Assembly: GCA_963712515.1 (NCBI GenBank)
Contig: CAVQIG010000025.1
Span: 3,620-67,619 of the forward strand
Length of the DNA stretch: 64,000 nucleotides
Origin: an uncultured delta proteobacterium
GTDB lineage: Bacteria > Desulfobacterota > Binatia > JACPRU01
Reading direction: 5' to 3'
The notes under the pieces are model-generated. The model worked only from the letters and a program-made list of their open reading frames with translations. It was not told where the DNA came from and made no database searches. The position numbers and the translations under genes were made by a program. Within the stretch, counting starts at the first letter, position 1; each line of letters opens with the position of its first letter. This document shows, one piece after another, positions 11,760 through 20,662 of the stretch.

Positions 11760-13305
11760 CTATGCGAGCGGTACCGATTGGCCGGCCTGGACATACGCGT
11801 GCTCGTGGGCGAGGAGGCCGGCGAGCGCCAGCGGCGCGGCGGCCGCGCCGATCCATGGCGCGGCGAGCGCGATGCCGACGAGCGCTACCCCGGCCCAAAA
11901 AAACCCCCGATACCGTCCGCCCGTCATCTCTTCGATCGCCAGGCGAGCGTGAGCCGTCGGGTGGGTCAGCGTCACCTCTCCAACAACGAGCAGCAAATGC
12001 GCGATCGCAGCTCGCCGCCAGAAGGCCGGCGATCGCACCGACGGCGTCCGCGTCGAGCCAGATGGCGAGCGGCAGCATCGCCGCCGAGCCGGCGAGCAGC
12101 GCCTGGACGAGGAAATGCGGCGGGAGGAGCGGATTCTGCCACAGGTCGCGCGCCTTCGCCTGCGCGAACAGGTACGCCGTGTAGACCGCGGTGAGTACGG
12201 CGAGTGGCAGGCCGGGCGCAATGAGGACCCGCTGCCAGCCGGCGCTCTCGGCCGAGAAGCCCGCGAGAAAATGCGCAGCCAAGACGACGGCGTATCCGGC
12301 GATGATGAACGCGCCACGCACGAGCCAGCTTCGCCACTGCGGGCGCGCGAAGATCAGATAGAAGCGCTCCGGGTGGTCGAGGTCGGCGATGAGAATCAGA
12401 CCGGTGACGGCCAGGAATGCCCCCGCGACGACGGGCGCGGCCAAGCGCCAGAGCGGGCTCGAGTCGGCGAGCGCTCCGACGAGAACCAGCAGCAACGGCA
12501 CCAGGTAGGCGCCGGACGCGATCCCTTTGGTCCACGTGTAGAGCGAAAGCCGCCAGTCCCACGGCGCGCGATGGGGCACGTCGTAGGCGAGCACGGCGGC
12601 GGCCGAGCTGTTGGCCTTGCCCGGGTGGCCCGAGGTCACCTGATGCGGCAGCGAGCCCTGCTCGCTCCACATGAAGATTCCGCCCTCCGGACGCCGCGCG
12701 GCGATCGGGTCGAGCGTCGCCTGGTGCGCTCCTTTGTAGAAGAGCTTCGGGCGCGTGTCCTTTTCGGGGCGGCGCACGGCGACCGGCTCGCGTCCGACGA
12801 TCTCCGCGACCTTCGAGCGCGCATCGTTCAAGTCGCCGACGAGAATCGCCTCCACCGGACACACCACCACGCACGCGGGCTCGAGGCCGACGTCGATCCG
12901 CTGCGCGCAGAAGTTGCACTTCTCCGCGGAGTGGTCCTCAGGGTTGATGAAGATCGCATCGTACGGACAGGCCGCGATGCAGGCCTTGCAGCCGATGCAG
13001 ATCGATTTGTCGAAATCGACGATGCCGTCCGTTCGTTGGTACATCGCCGCCGTCGGACAAGCGTGGGTGCACGGTGGATCTTCGCACTGATTGCAGCGCG
13101 TGACCTGAAACGCGCGGCGCACGTTCGGAAAGATGCCGACGTCGGCATACTTCACGTAGGTGCGGTTCACGGAGAGCGGCACCTGGTTTTCCGACTTGCA
13201 GGCCGTGGAGCAGGCGTGGCAACCGATGCAGCGGCTGTGGTCGATGACTTTCGCCCAGCGCACCGGCGCCGTGGGTGTCGCGGGGACGGCCGACTCAACC
13301 GTCAT
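11760..13305 (-). pseudogene. fused 4x[4Fe-4S] ferredoxin subunit and NrfD/PsrC-like membrane subunit, one apparent +1 break near 12015
   Basis: Four Cys clusters are present (CIGCHACSTACK, CNQCEDPPCTHACP, CIGCKACIAACP, CNFCAQR..CVVVCP), followed by multiple TM helices. The true C-terminus sits in track ORF 11760-12317 (..LAIEEMTGGRYRGFFWAGVALVGIALAAPWIGAAAAPLALAGLLAHEHAYVQAGQSVPLA). The tail of track ORF 11437-13305 beyond about 12015 is Arg-rich out-of-frame text. Confidence 0.75.
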
Positions 13306-14347
13306 CGTGGGATCGTTCCACGGCGAACTTCTGATCGTTCCAGTCGAGCAGTCCGCCCGTCAGATTGGCGACGTGCTCGAAGCCGAGGCCGGTGAGGATC
13401 GCGGCGGCCGTCGCGCTGCGAACCCCTGCGCGGCAGACGACGACGATCGGACGCTCCTTGTGCGGCTCGAGCTCGCCCGCCCGCGTCGGCAGGTCCTTCA
13501 GCGGAATCAGCACGCTGCCGGGAACGTGACCGAGCTCGCCGTTGAACTCCTCGGGCTCGCGCACATCGAGCACGAGCGGCGGCGAAGGCGACTCGAGCTC
13601 GGCCCTCACCTCCGGCGCGCTTCGTTGGCACACCTTGTTGAGCTCGGCGAGGCTCGGGAAGCGCAGGCGATCGTCATCGAGCGACGTCTGGTTCGGCTGC
13701 AGCACCTCCTGGATCTTGTCCGGGAGCGGCAGTCCGAGGTTGTTCATGAGGTCGACGTATGCTTCACGGCTCCGCCCCGCGACGCGCGGGTTCGAGCGCT
13801 TCTCTTCGCCGATCGTCGACGAGGTGTTGCCCCGGTAGTCGTGCGCCGGGAACACCAGCGTCTCATCCGGCAGGCGAAACAGCTTTGCCGTGATCGCATC
13901 GTACTGAGCGCCCGGATCGCCGCCGGCGAAGTCGGAGCGCCCGGTACCGCGGATCAGCAGCGTGTCACCGGTGAGGACTCGGCCGCCGCAGTAGAGACTG
14001 ATGCTGTCCGGCGTATGGCCGGGGGTGTGGAGGACGCGGATCTCGACCTTGCCGACCGGGATCGTGTCGCCGTCCTCGACGTGCCGATCGACGTGGGGAG
14101 CGGGCGCGCGCCGATGCATGACCACCGTCGCGCCGACGAGCTCGCGAAGATCGAAGCTCGCCGTACGGTGATCCGCATGCGTGTGGGTGTCGATCACCGC
14201 GGCGAGCTTGAGACCCTCGTACGCGAGGATCGCCAGATACCGCTCGAGCCGCTCCTTGACCGGGTCGACCAGAGCCGCCATGCGCGTCTCTTCGCAGGCG
14301 ATCAGATAGCTCTTGCACTTGCCGTGGTTCAGTTCGCGAAACAGCAT
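13295..14347 (-). CDS. MBL-fold persulfide dioxygenase (ETHE1/Blh-like) fused to a C-terminal rhodanese domain
   Basis: 350 aa from ATG 14347, with AGGAGA 6 nt upstream. Contains the metallo-beta-lactamase motif DTHTHADH, the block HTPGHTPDS, and a rhodanese tail (LVLDVREPEEFNGELGHVPGSVLIPL..IVVVCRAGVRSATAAAIL). Confidence 0.85.
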   Translation of the reverse strand: MLFRELNHGKCKSYLIACEETRMAALVDPVKERLERYLAILAYEGLKLAAVIDTHTHADHRTASFDLRELVGATVVMHRRAPAPHVDRHVEDGDTIPVGKVEIRVLHTPGHTPDSISLYCGGRVLTGDTLLIRGTGRSDFAGGDPGAQYDAITAKLFRLPDETLVFPAHDYRGNTSSTIGEEKRSNPRVAGRSREAYVDLMNNLGLPLPDKIQEVLQPNQTSLDDDRLRFPSLAELNKVCQRSAPEVRAELESPSPPLVLDVREPEEFNGELGHVPGSVLIPLKDLPTRAGELEPHKERPIVVVCRAGVRSATAAAILTGLGFEHVANLTGGLLDWNDQKFAVERSHDDG

Positions 14348-14411
14348 GGGCACTCTCCTGCGGCTCGAAGCTGCGACCGCCGCTCGGGCATTGCAATCCG
14401 CGAGCGGCATC

Positions 14412-14445
14412 TCTATAGTACATGAGTCTCTATCAATGTAGTATT
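14412..14445. promoter_or_regulatory. imperfect inverted repeat in the AT-rich divergent intergenic region (candidate operator)
   Basis: CTATAGTACAT-N12-ATGTAGTATTG, with 9 of 11 arm positions complementary. It lies in the only AT-rich stretch between the divergent starts at 14347 and 14466. Confidence 0.3.
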
Positions 14446-14465
14446 GTAGTCAAGACGGAGGCCGC

Positions 14466-14891
14466 TTGGAACACTTCACCCCTTATTCGGCGACGCTCGG
14501 CGGGTTGCTCATCGGCGTGTCCGCGAGCTGGCTGCTGCTCGCCACGGGACGCATCGCCGGCGTCAGCGGAATTCTCGGCGGCCTGCTCGTCCCGGCGGGC
14601 GAAGACAAGCTCTGGCGAGCGTTGTTCGTCGCGGGATTGATCGGCGGCTGTTGGCTCGTTCGCGCGGCGAGCGGCGACGCGATCTCGGTCACGATCTCGG
14701 CCTCCGCGAAGGAGCTCGTGCTCGCGGGGCTGCTCGTCGGCTACGGTACGCGGGTCGCGAACGGCTGCACGAGCGGTCACGGGGTCTGCGGAATGGCGCG
14801 GTTGTCGCCGCGCTCGATCGCCGCGACGCTCACCTTCATGGCGAGCGGCGCGCTGACCGTGTTCGTCGTGCGACACCTGCTCGGAGGGTGA
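14466..14891 (+). CDS. YeeE/YedE family sulfur-compound transporter component
   Basis: 141 aa with a TTG start preceded by GGAGG. The protein is polytopic and carries the YeeE-type motif [23 protein letters not shown]. Confidence 0.8.
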   Translation: MEHFTPYSATLGGLLIGVSASWLLLATGRIAGVSGILGGLLVPAGEDKLWRALFVAGLIGGCWLVRAASGDAISVTISASAKELVLAGLLVGYGTRVANGCTSGHGVCGMARLSPRSIAATLTFMASGALTVFVVRHLLGG

Positions 14892-14892
14892 C

Positions 14893-15393
14893 ATGCAGAA
14901 AACCTCGGCGTCATTTCTCGCCGGCGTGCTTTTCGGCGCGGGTCTCACGATCTCGCAGATGGTGAACCCCACGAAGGTCACCGACTTCCTCGATTTTTTC
15001 GGTCGCTGGGATCCGAGCCTAGCCTTCGTGATGGGCTCGGCGCTGGCGGTGACGTTCGCCTGTTTCCGCATCATCCTCCGTCGGACCCATCCGCTCTTCG
15101 CCCCGGAGTTCCACGTTCCGAGCGGGCGGCGGATCGATTCCCGATTGATCGGTGGGTCGGCTCTCTTCGGCATCGGATGGGGTTTGGCAGGATTCTGCCC
15201 GGGACCGGCGGTGGCGAGTCTCGCATACGGGCGCTGGAAATCGGCCATCTTCGTCATGGCGATGATCGTGGGGATGGTGCTGTGGGAGCGGTGGGGCGTG
15301 GCAACCCGCGCCCTGCGCAAGGAGACGCGAGAGTCCTTCGGAGATCTGCGGTCCGAGAGATTCTCGCAAACGCCGGCAAGCACCAGTCCCTAG
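14893..15393 (+). CDS. YeeE/YedE family second component (DUF6691-like)
   Basis: 166 aa, starting 1 nt after the previous stop. Contains [26 protein letters not shown] and [21 protein letters not shown]. Confidence 0.75.
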   Translation: MQKTSASFLAGVLFGAGLTISQMVNPTKVTDFLDFFGRWDPSLAFVMGSALAVTFACFRIILRRTHPLFAPEFHVPSGRRIDSRLIGGSALFGIGWGLAGFCPGPAVASLAYGRWKSAIFVMAMIVGMVLWERWGVATRALRKETRESFGDLRSERFSQTPASTSP

Positions 15394-15603
15394 GGAATCT
15401 CTGCAAAAGGTCTCGCCCGAGCCGAATGGCTCGCGGGCGCGGAAAGCGGCGCAACGTTTCGAAGCTCTAGCACCTTTGACAGATCGCTCCCTTCGCTTCC
15501 GCTCACGGCTCGCAAGACTTCGAAACGTCGCGCCACTTTCCGAAGGATTTCGCCCGCTGCGCTTTACTTCGGCTCGGGCGAGACCTTCTGCAGAGATTCC
15601 CTA
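15391..15603. repeat. 213-bp long imperfect palindrome (MITE-like or REP-like element)
   Basis: The 36-bp terminal arms TAGGGAATCTCTGCAAAAGGTCTCGCCCGAGCCGAA (15391-15426) and its reverse complement (15568-15603) differ by one mismatch. Inner arms are also partly complementary (GGAAAGCGGCGCAACGTTTCGAAGCTC against GACTTCGAAACGTCGCGCCACTTTCC). The left arm includes the TAG stop of the 14893-15393 gene. Confidence 0.7.
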
Positions 15604-15726
15604 ACGCATCGATCGACGGGGGCCTTGCGCCCGCGGGCCGAGCAGAACCTCCGGGATACGAGGTCTTTACAAGAAGTGTGGAAAAGGAAACTGGCAGCGA
15701 TATGCTCTTGGATAATGAGGGCCTCT

Positions 15727-16390
15727 TCAGGTTAACTCCTCCAACATTGCTTTTGCCTCTTGCAAATCCTCCGTATCAAATCCCTCGGTGAACCAGCCGT
15801 AGATCGCGGCCAGCAGCTGCCGGGCGTCTTCCCGCTTATCCTGCTGCTTCCACAGACGCGCTAAGCTTGTTGAGGCTCGAAGCTCCGACGATTTCGCTTG
15901 CTGTTGACGGGCGATGTCAATGGCTTTGTGAAAGGACGCCTCGGCTTCATCGTGAGAATATAGGATTTGGGCTTGAGGCTTTGGACCTCCAAAGTTTTGC
16001 TCTTCGCTCCCTAATCCCTGCTCCCTGCCTTCCTGCGGTTCATGCAGAACCGGGTCATGCCGAGGCTGCGCGAACCTACGACGGATGAAGCTTGGATGGC
16101 GGCATTCTGAGTGTATCGAAGGCTCCATTCGTGGATCATAGAGGTGAATACCTTGCTCTAAGTGCTCCAATGAAGATGTGAATTCTCCCAAGTTATAAAT
16201 GCCCCCCACCATGAAATGTCCCTCAAGCAAAAGCGACTCGTCGTTTTGCGCTTGAGCTGACAGCAACAACTGCTCCGCCAAGTTGCGCGCAGTCAGGAGT
16301 TCGCCCCGCGCGTAATAGAACGTAGCAAGCCCCGGAGTACTGTACTCGGGCGCTGCGATACATTTCGGGCTTAGGCCGCGTAGAGCGATA
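15727..16390 (-). pseudogene. relic: C-terminal TPR portion of a cyclase/ATPase/TPR-family gene, truncated upstream by IS debris
   Basis: Track ORF 15727-16281 ends ..ARLWKQQDKREDARQLLAAIYGWFTEGFDTEDLQEAKAMLEELT, a C-terminus typical of this family. The in-frame upstream text PEYSTPGLATFYYARGELLTARNLAEQ runs to about 16390. The middle is scrambled and GC is lower than in the flanks. Confidence 0.55.
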
Positions 16391-16395
16391 AGGAA

Positions 16396-17191
16396 TCAAT
16401 CCTCGTGACTCTGGGTCGCAGGGCATGAGTTCCAGTCGCCGTGGATGGGACGCTCTAGTCCGCGCAGCACTGCGTCGCTGGCGGCCAGTCGGGAATACTT
16501 GCGCGAGAGACGGCGGTGACCTTCAGGCCTTTGGCCGTGGCGGTCCGAGAGATAAGCTTGACCTCGACTAGTCTCGCAGCGGTTCGCCGCGCCAGTTCGA
16601 GGAGATGAAGAGAACATCGGGCTCGATCTTGTTCCACTTGCTCGTTCCCGGAGGGAAGTGACGGCGATCGAAATGCCCGTTTCGTCCGCCAGCTTCTGCA
16701 GTTCGAGCTTCCACAGTTTCAACCGCGAGCCGTTGCTACCTCCGGCGTCTGCCGTGATGACGATGTCCTTCGCTTCGGGATACAGGCGTCGGCCCTCATG
16801 CCGCCACCAGCCCCTGATGGAGGCCACGGCGAAGGCCGCGGTATCGTGATCCGTTCCCACATTCACGAAGCCCCTGTTGCGATCGATATCGTAGACGCCG
16901 TAGGGATACGCGCGCGGAATGTCGGGGCCAGGGGAAGTCGTGCCCCTGGACCTTGACGGGGTTCTTCTCCACCAGCCATTGCCGCCCAGCGTTCGCATAG
17001 TTGCCAACCAGTTCCTTCTTCTTGGCATCCACCGAGACGACGGGCGCTCCCTTCGCCAGCGTGCGCTTGACCTGCGCGTTGATGTGGCGGAACTGCGCGT
17101 CCCGGGTCGGGATGGTCGCCGCCCTTCTTCCGTCTCGCGGGTTGCCCTGCAGGCTGTACCCCTGCGCGTGGAGGAGCTGCGCGACCTTCAT
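16396..17191 (-). mobile_element. ISAzo13-family transposase relic (N-terminally truncated, several frame breaks and an in-frame stop)
   Basis: The family blocks are spread over three frames: KVAQLLHAQGYSLQGN..DAQFRHINAQV..PVVSVDAKKKELVGNYANAGRQW, YPYGVYDIDRNRGFVNVGTDHDTAAFAVASIRGWW, HFPPGTSKWNKIE in a shifted frame, and HGDWNS. Confidence 0.7.
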
Positions 17192-17194
17192 GTG

Positions 17195-17486
17195 ACTGAT
17201 CGCGGTATTGCACTCCCGCGTATAGCGGCGGCCAACTCCGCGTCCTTTGCAGTTTGCGGAACGTAGACTCGGCCACTTGTAAAATCTTCCAGATCAACGC
17301 TGTTGCGTTCTCCGCGTTCTTGAAGCGTTTAGCCGCCGTGGTGCGGAGCCGAACTGTCGCAAACGGGGACTCGACGACATTCGTGGTTCTGAGGTGCGGC
17401 CAGTGCTCGGCTGAGGAAACTGGTAGAACGTTACGAGCCGTTCCCAATCATCGGCGAGCCGCTCGACTGCCTTGGGAGCTACTGTA
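17195..17486 (-). mobile_element. IS256-family transposase relic (C-terminal ~95 codons only, one frame break)
   Basis: AVERLADDWERLVTFYQFP in one frame is followed by AEHWPHLRTTNVVESPFATVRLRTTAAKRFKNAENATALIWKIL in the next. This matches the conserved C-terminal block of IS256 transposases. Confidence 0.6.
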
Positions 17487-17867
17487 ATTTACGGTAACAA
17501 TGGTGAACTGCTCCGCGCAGTGCTTCACAGGCAGCGGCTTCGCCGCGCCGGGCACGACCCCGCGACGCGCCCGATTGGCGCTCTCTGCATGGTCTACGTG
17601 GCGGCGGATCGCAGGCGGCGGTGTCGCGATTTCGCTGACCCGGTGATCTGGTACTACCGCACGTTAGCAAGCTACGATCGACGCCGCCGGCCGAGCCGCC
17701 GATCAAGACCTACGACTCCTGACGCCGGAGTCCGCGACCTGGCGGCATCGGTCACGTGGAGCAGCTACACCGCAGTCCGAAGCAATCATCTGCGGCATGC
17801 GGAGCAGAGTGTGATCGAATCCGGACGCGAACCGGACGGAAGCCACCGGAACGAGGAGGAGAGACTG

Positions 17868-18950
17868 ATGCAGACCACAAACCCCACCGTAGAACGGGTC
17901 TTCGACTACATGAACGATTTCCGCCAGGGGAAGCTCGATCTCAGCTGGATGAGCGCGAACCCCGCCGGCTGGGGAGCACGAGCGCGGGCGCGCGACGACC
18001 GCGGGCTCGGCCTCGAGGATCTGAACGTGCTGCCATATTACGGCGACGTTCCCGACCATGGCTCGCACGCGGGAAGCATGGCGCCGCGCGGTTGCGAGAT
18101 CCCGCCCGGAACGCCGAGCCTCGGCTGCTACGACATCAACGACAAGTCGCTCGTGTGGGCGGACAACGTCGCTCACCTCTACGACGAGGCCGTCGCGCGA
18201 CAATGGAGCTCGGCGCGGGACATCCCTTGGGAGAAGCTCGAGCCGCTGCCGGACGAGCTCGAGAGAGCGATGTGCCAGGTATGCACGGGGCTCGCGGAGG
18301 TCGAGTTCATCGCCGCCGACATGCCCGCCAAGTGGCTCTGGCACATCAACCACGACTTCCACGAGGTGAAGTGCTTCCTCGCCACCCAGATCATGGACGA
18401 GGCGCGCCACATGGACGTCTTCCGCAAACGCGCGCTGGCCAACGGCGGCGGCTTGTTGAAGGCTTCGCCGGCGGCGGAGGAGGTCCTTCGCCTCATCATC
18501 GAGGCGCCGGACTACACCGTGGCGAGCTCGCTGATGCACATCCTCGGCGAGGGCTTCGTGCTGACGCTCTTCCGCAACGGCGAGATGCTCGCTCCGTCCG
18601 AAGTCGAAAAGAAGATCTTCCGTCTGTGCATGCAGGACGAGGCGCGCCACGTCGCGTACGGAACGATGCACCTCAAGTACTTCATGGAAAAGCGTCCCGA
18701 TCGTGAGGAAGAGATCCACGCGATCCTCGATCGCGGCGAGGAGGCGGTGTTCGCGCTCAATTGCGAGCCGCAGACTGTGGAGCCGCGGGCCGTGCTCGCC
18801 GGGGGCGGAGTGGATCGCATCCAAGAAGGCATGGCCAAGATGTCGTTCCTCTACGCCAAGCAGATCCGCGAGTACCTGCACCGCCTGAAGATGGCGGGCA
18901 TCGAGCGCGCCGACCGCATGCGCATCCCGATGGAGCTACCGATGGCGTGA
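17868..18950 (+). CDS. ferritin-like diiron-carboxylate protein (putative oxygenase), function unknown
   Basis: 360 aa from ATG 17868, preceded by AGGAGGAGAG. Two E...EXXH half-sites are present (GLAEVE..IMDEARHMDVF and ILGEGF..MQDEARHVAYG). The first 132 codons of track ORF 17472-18950 look non-coding. Confidence 0.7.
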   Translation: MQTTNPTVERVFDYMNDFRQGKLDLSWMSANPAGWGARARARDDRGLGLEDLNVLPYYGDVPDHGSHAGSMAPRGCEIPPGTPSLGCYDINDKSLVWADNVAHLYDEAVARQWSSARDIPWEKLEPLPDELERAMCQVCTGLAEVEFIAADMPAKWLWHINHDFHEVKCFLATQIMDEARHMDVFRKRALANGGGLLKASPAAEEVLRLIIEAPDYTVASSLMHILGEGFVLTLFRNGEMLAPSEVEKKIFRLCMQDEARHVAYGTMHLKYFMEKRPDREEEIHAILDRGEEAVFALNCEPQTVEPRAVLAGGGVDRIQEGMAKMSFLYAKQIREYLHRLKMAGIERADRMRIPMELPMA

Positions 18951-18976
18951 CCCGCTACCGGAGAGGAGGGAGCACC

Positions 18977-19441
18977 ATGATGCAGTTTCCTTCGAGCGAA
19001 TGGTTCGTCACGCTCAAGCAGCGGATGGAGGGCGATCCCGATCGCTATCGCCGCCTCGGCACGGTCGACATCGTGCTCGTCGCCAAGATCGATACGGATG
19101 GAAGGAGCGAGCTCTACGAGACCAGCTTTCGTGGCTATCGTTGCTCGGGGGTGCGTCGCTTGCGCTCGCTCGCCGAAGCGGCGCCGGGCGCGGTCGTCCT
19201 CGAGGGGAGCTTCGCGACGTGGCGGGAGATGATCGAGGCGATCGAGCGCAACGGCAAGGCCGACCTGCCGCACACCCTGAACACGCTGACGCTCGCAGAC
19301 GTGCCGATGCGGGTGACCGCCGCCAATCAGCTCGACGTCGACCGCTTCTACCGCTACCAAGAGACGCTGCAGGAGTTCTTCGACGAAGCCGCAGGCTTCC
19401 GCACGGACTTCCCCGCAGGAGCCGTCGCGCCGGCTCCGTAG
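18977..19441 (+). CDS. SCP2 sterol-carrier-like domain protein
   Basis: 154 aa from ATG 18977, preceded by GAGGAGGG. The block FPSSEWFVTLKQRMEGDPDRYRRLG..GSFATWREMIEAIERNGKADLPHTLNTLTL resembles the SCP2 / alkyl-sulfatase C-terminal fold. Confidence 0.55.
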   Translation: MMQFPSSEWFVTLKQRMEGDPDRYRRLGTVDIVLVAKIDTDGRSELYETSFRGYRCSGVRRLRSLAEAAPGAVVLEGSFATWREMIEAIERNGKADLPHTLNTLTLADVPMRVTAANQLDVDRFYRYQETLQEFFDEAAGFRTDFPAGAVAPAP

Positions 19442-19465
19442 CGGTCCGACGAGCTCAAGCTCGCG

Positions 19466-19843
19466 TCAAGCTCGTCGGCGGGCGGCGACTCCCGGCTGGA
19501 TCTGGTCGATCTGCGCCGCCAGGCGATCGTGGAGGCTCTCGCAGACGACTTCGCAGAGGTCGAATACCGTCGGATCGGCGATCCGGTAGAACACGCGGAG
19601 ACCATCCTTGCGGCGGGTCACCAACCCCGCCTGCTGAAGAACGCCGAGGTGCTTCGAGACGTTGGCCTGCAGGCCGTCGACCGCATCGATGATCTCGCCG
19701 ACCGTGCGTTCGCCGTCCCACAGCGCATGGAGGATCTTCAGGCGCATGGGCTCGGCAAGCACCTTGAATCGCTCGGCGATCATCGCCAGCGCCGCCTCGG
19801 ACAGTTCTCGTCTCACATGCTTCGCCACGGACGCTCTCCTCAC
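19466..19843 (-). CDS. ArsR/SmtB family transcriptional regulator
   Basis: 125 aa with a wHTH region FKVLAEPMRLKILHALWDGERTVGEIIDAVDGLQANVSKHLGVLQQAGLV. There is a C-terminal Cys pair (CEVVC). Confidence 0.85.
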   Translation of the reverse strand: MRRASVAKHVRRELSEAALAMIAERFKVLAEPMRLKILHALWDGERTVGEIIDAVDGLQANVSKHLGVLQQAGLVTRRKDGLRVFYRIADPTVFDLCEVVCESLHDRLAAQIDQIQPGVAARRRA

Positions 19844-19954
19844 GGAGCCTCACTATATTGCTGGACAGCGAACTAGTGTTAGGGTAATGTACCATGCGGG
19901 GGCTGTTGCCGCAATGGGCAACGTGCAGGCAACGTGACAGGAAGGAGCAGAGCC

Positions 19955-20338
19955 ATGCCTAAATCACTGAAGGATTTCGTCGCCGACGCGAAGAGCCGGA
20001 TCCGCGAGATCGGCGCCGCGGACGCAGCCGAGGCGATCAAGAAGAATCCCGCCACTCTGGTGGTCGACGTGCGCGAGCCGGCGGAATGGGCCGAGGGCCA
20101 CATTCCCGGCGCGCTGCTGGTACCGCGCGGGGTGCTGGAAGCCAAGGCCGATCTCGAATACGCGAGCCGCGAGCCCCGCCTCGCCGACCGGAGCCAACCG
20201 ATCATCGTTCACTGCGCGAGCGCGGCGCGGAGCGCCATGGCCGCCGACGTTCTGCAGCAAATGGGTTTCACGAACGTCCGCTCGCTGGCCGGCGGCATCG
20301 TCGCGTGGAAGGAGAAGGGGCTGCCGATCGAAAAGTAG
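19955..20338 (+). CDS. single-domain rhodanese sulfurtransferase
   Basis: 127 aa from ATG 19955, preceded by GGAAGGAG. Contains LVVDVREPAEWAEGHIPGA and the active-site loop IIVHCASAARS. It is divergent from the ArsR gene. Confidence 0.8.
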   Translation: MPKSLKDFVADAKSRIREIGAADAAEAIKKNPATLVVDVREPAEWAEGHIPGALLVPRGVLEAKADLEYASREPRLADRSQPIIVHCASAARSAMAADVLQQMGFTNVRSLAGGIVAWKEKGLPIEK

Positions 20339-20344
20339 CGGCGC

Positions 20345-20662
20345 TCACTCTCCCAGCTGGATGACCGCCGCTCCGACGAGAACCAGCGCGAGCCCGAGCC
20401 AGGTGGCCGTGGACGCGCTCTCGTGGAACACGAAGCGCCCGAACAGCGCGCTGGTGACGGCGAACACCGCGACGTAGACGCCGAGCAAGCGGGTGAAGTC
20501 CCAAGTCAGGGTGTTGACCACCACGCCGTAGGAGCCGAGCACCGCGAAGCCCGCGATGATGAGCGCGAGCTTGTCGCCCCGCAGGCCCGTACGGATCAAC
20601 GCGTCTCCTCCGACCTCGAGGACGGCGGCGGCGACGAAGACGAACCAGGCCATTCCATCCAT
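20345..20662 (-). CDS. YnfA/UPF0060 family small membrane protein
   Basis: This is the last 105 codons of track ORF 20345-21502, read from ATG 20662: MDGMAWFVFVAAAVLEVGGDALIRTGLRGDK..TWLGLALVLVGAAVIQLGE, with four TM segments. Confidence 0.7.
   Translation of the reverse strand: MDGMAWFVFVAAAVLEVGGDALIRTGLRGDKLALIIAGFAVLGSYGVVVNTLTWDFTRLLGVYVAVFAVTSALFGRFVFHESASTATWLGLALVLVGAAVIQLGE

Noticed and set aside
15391-15603. Possible relationship between the 213-bp palindrome and the 105-bp recBCD-flanking repeat (shared GACTTCGA and GAAACG..TCG..GCGC strings)
   Set aside because: Only short collinear words match, separated by large gaps. That is not enough to claim a common family without a proper alignment.
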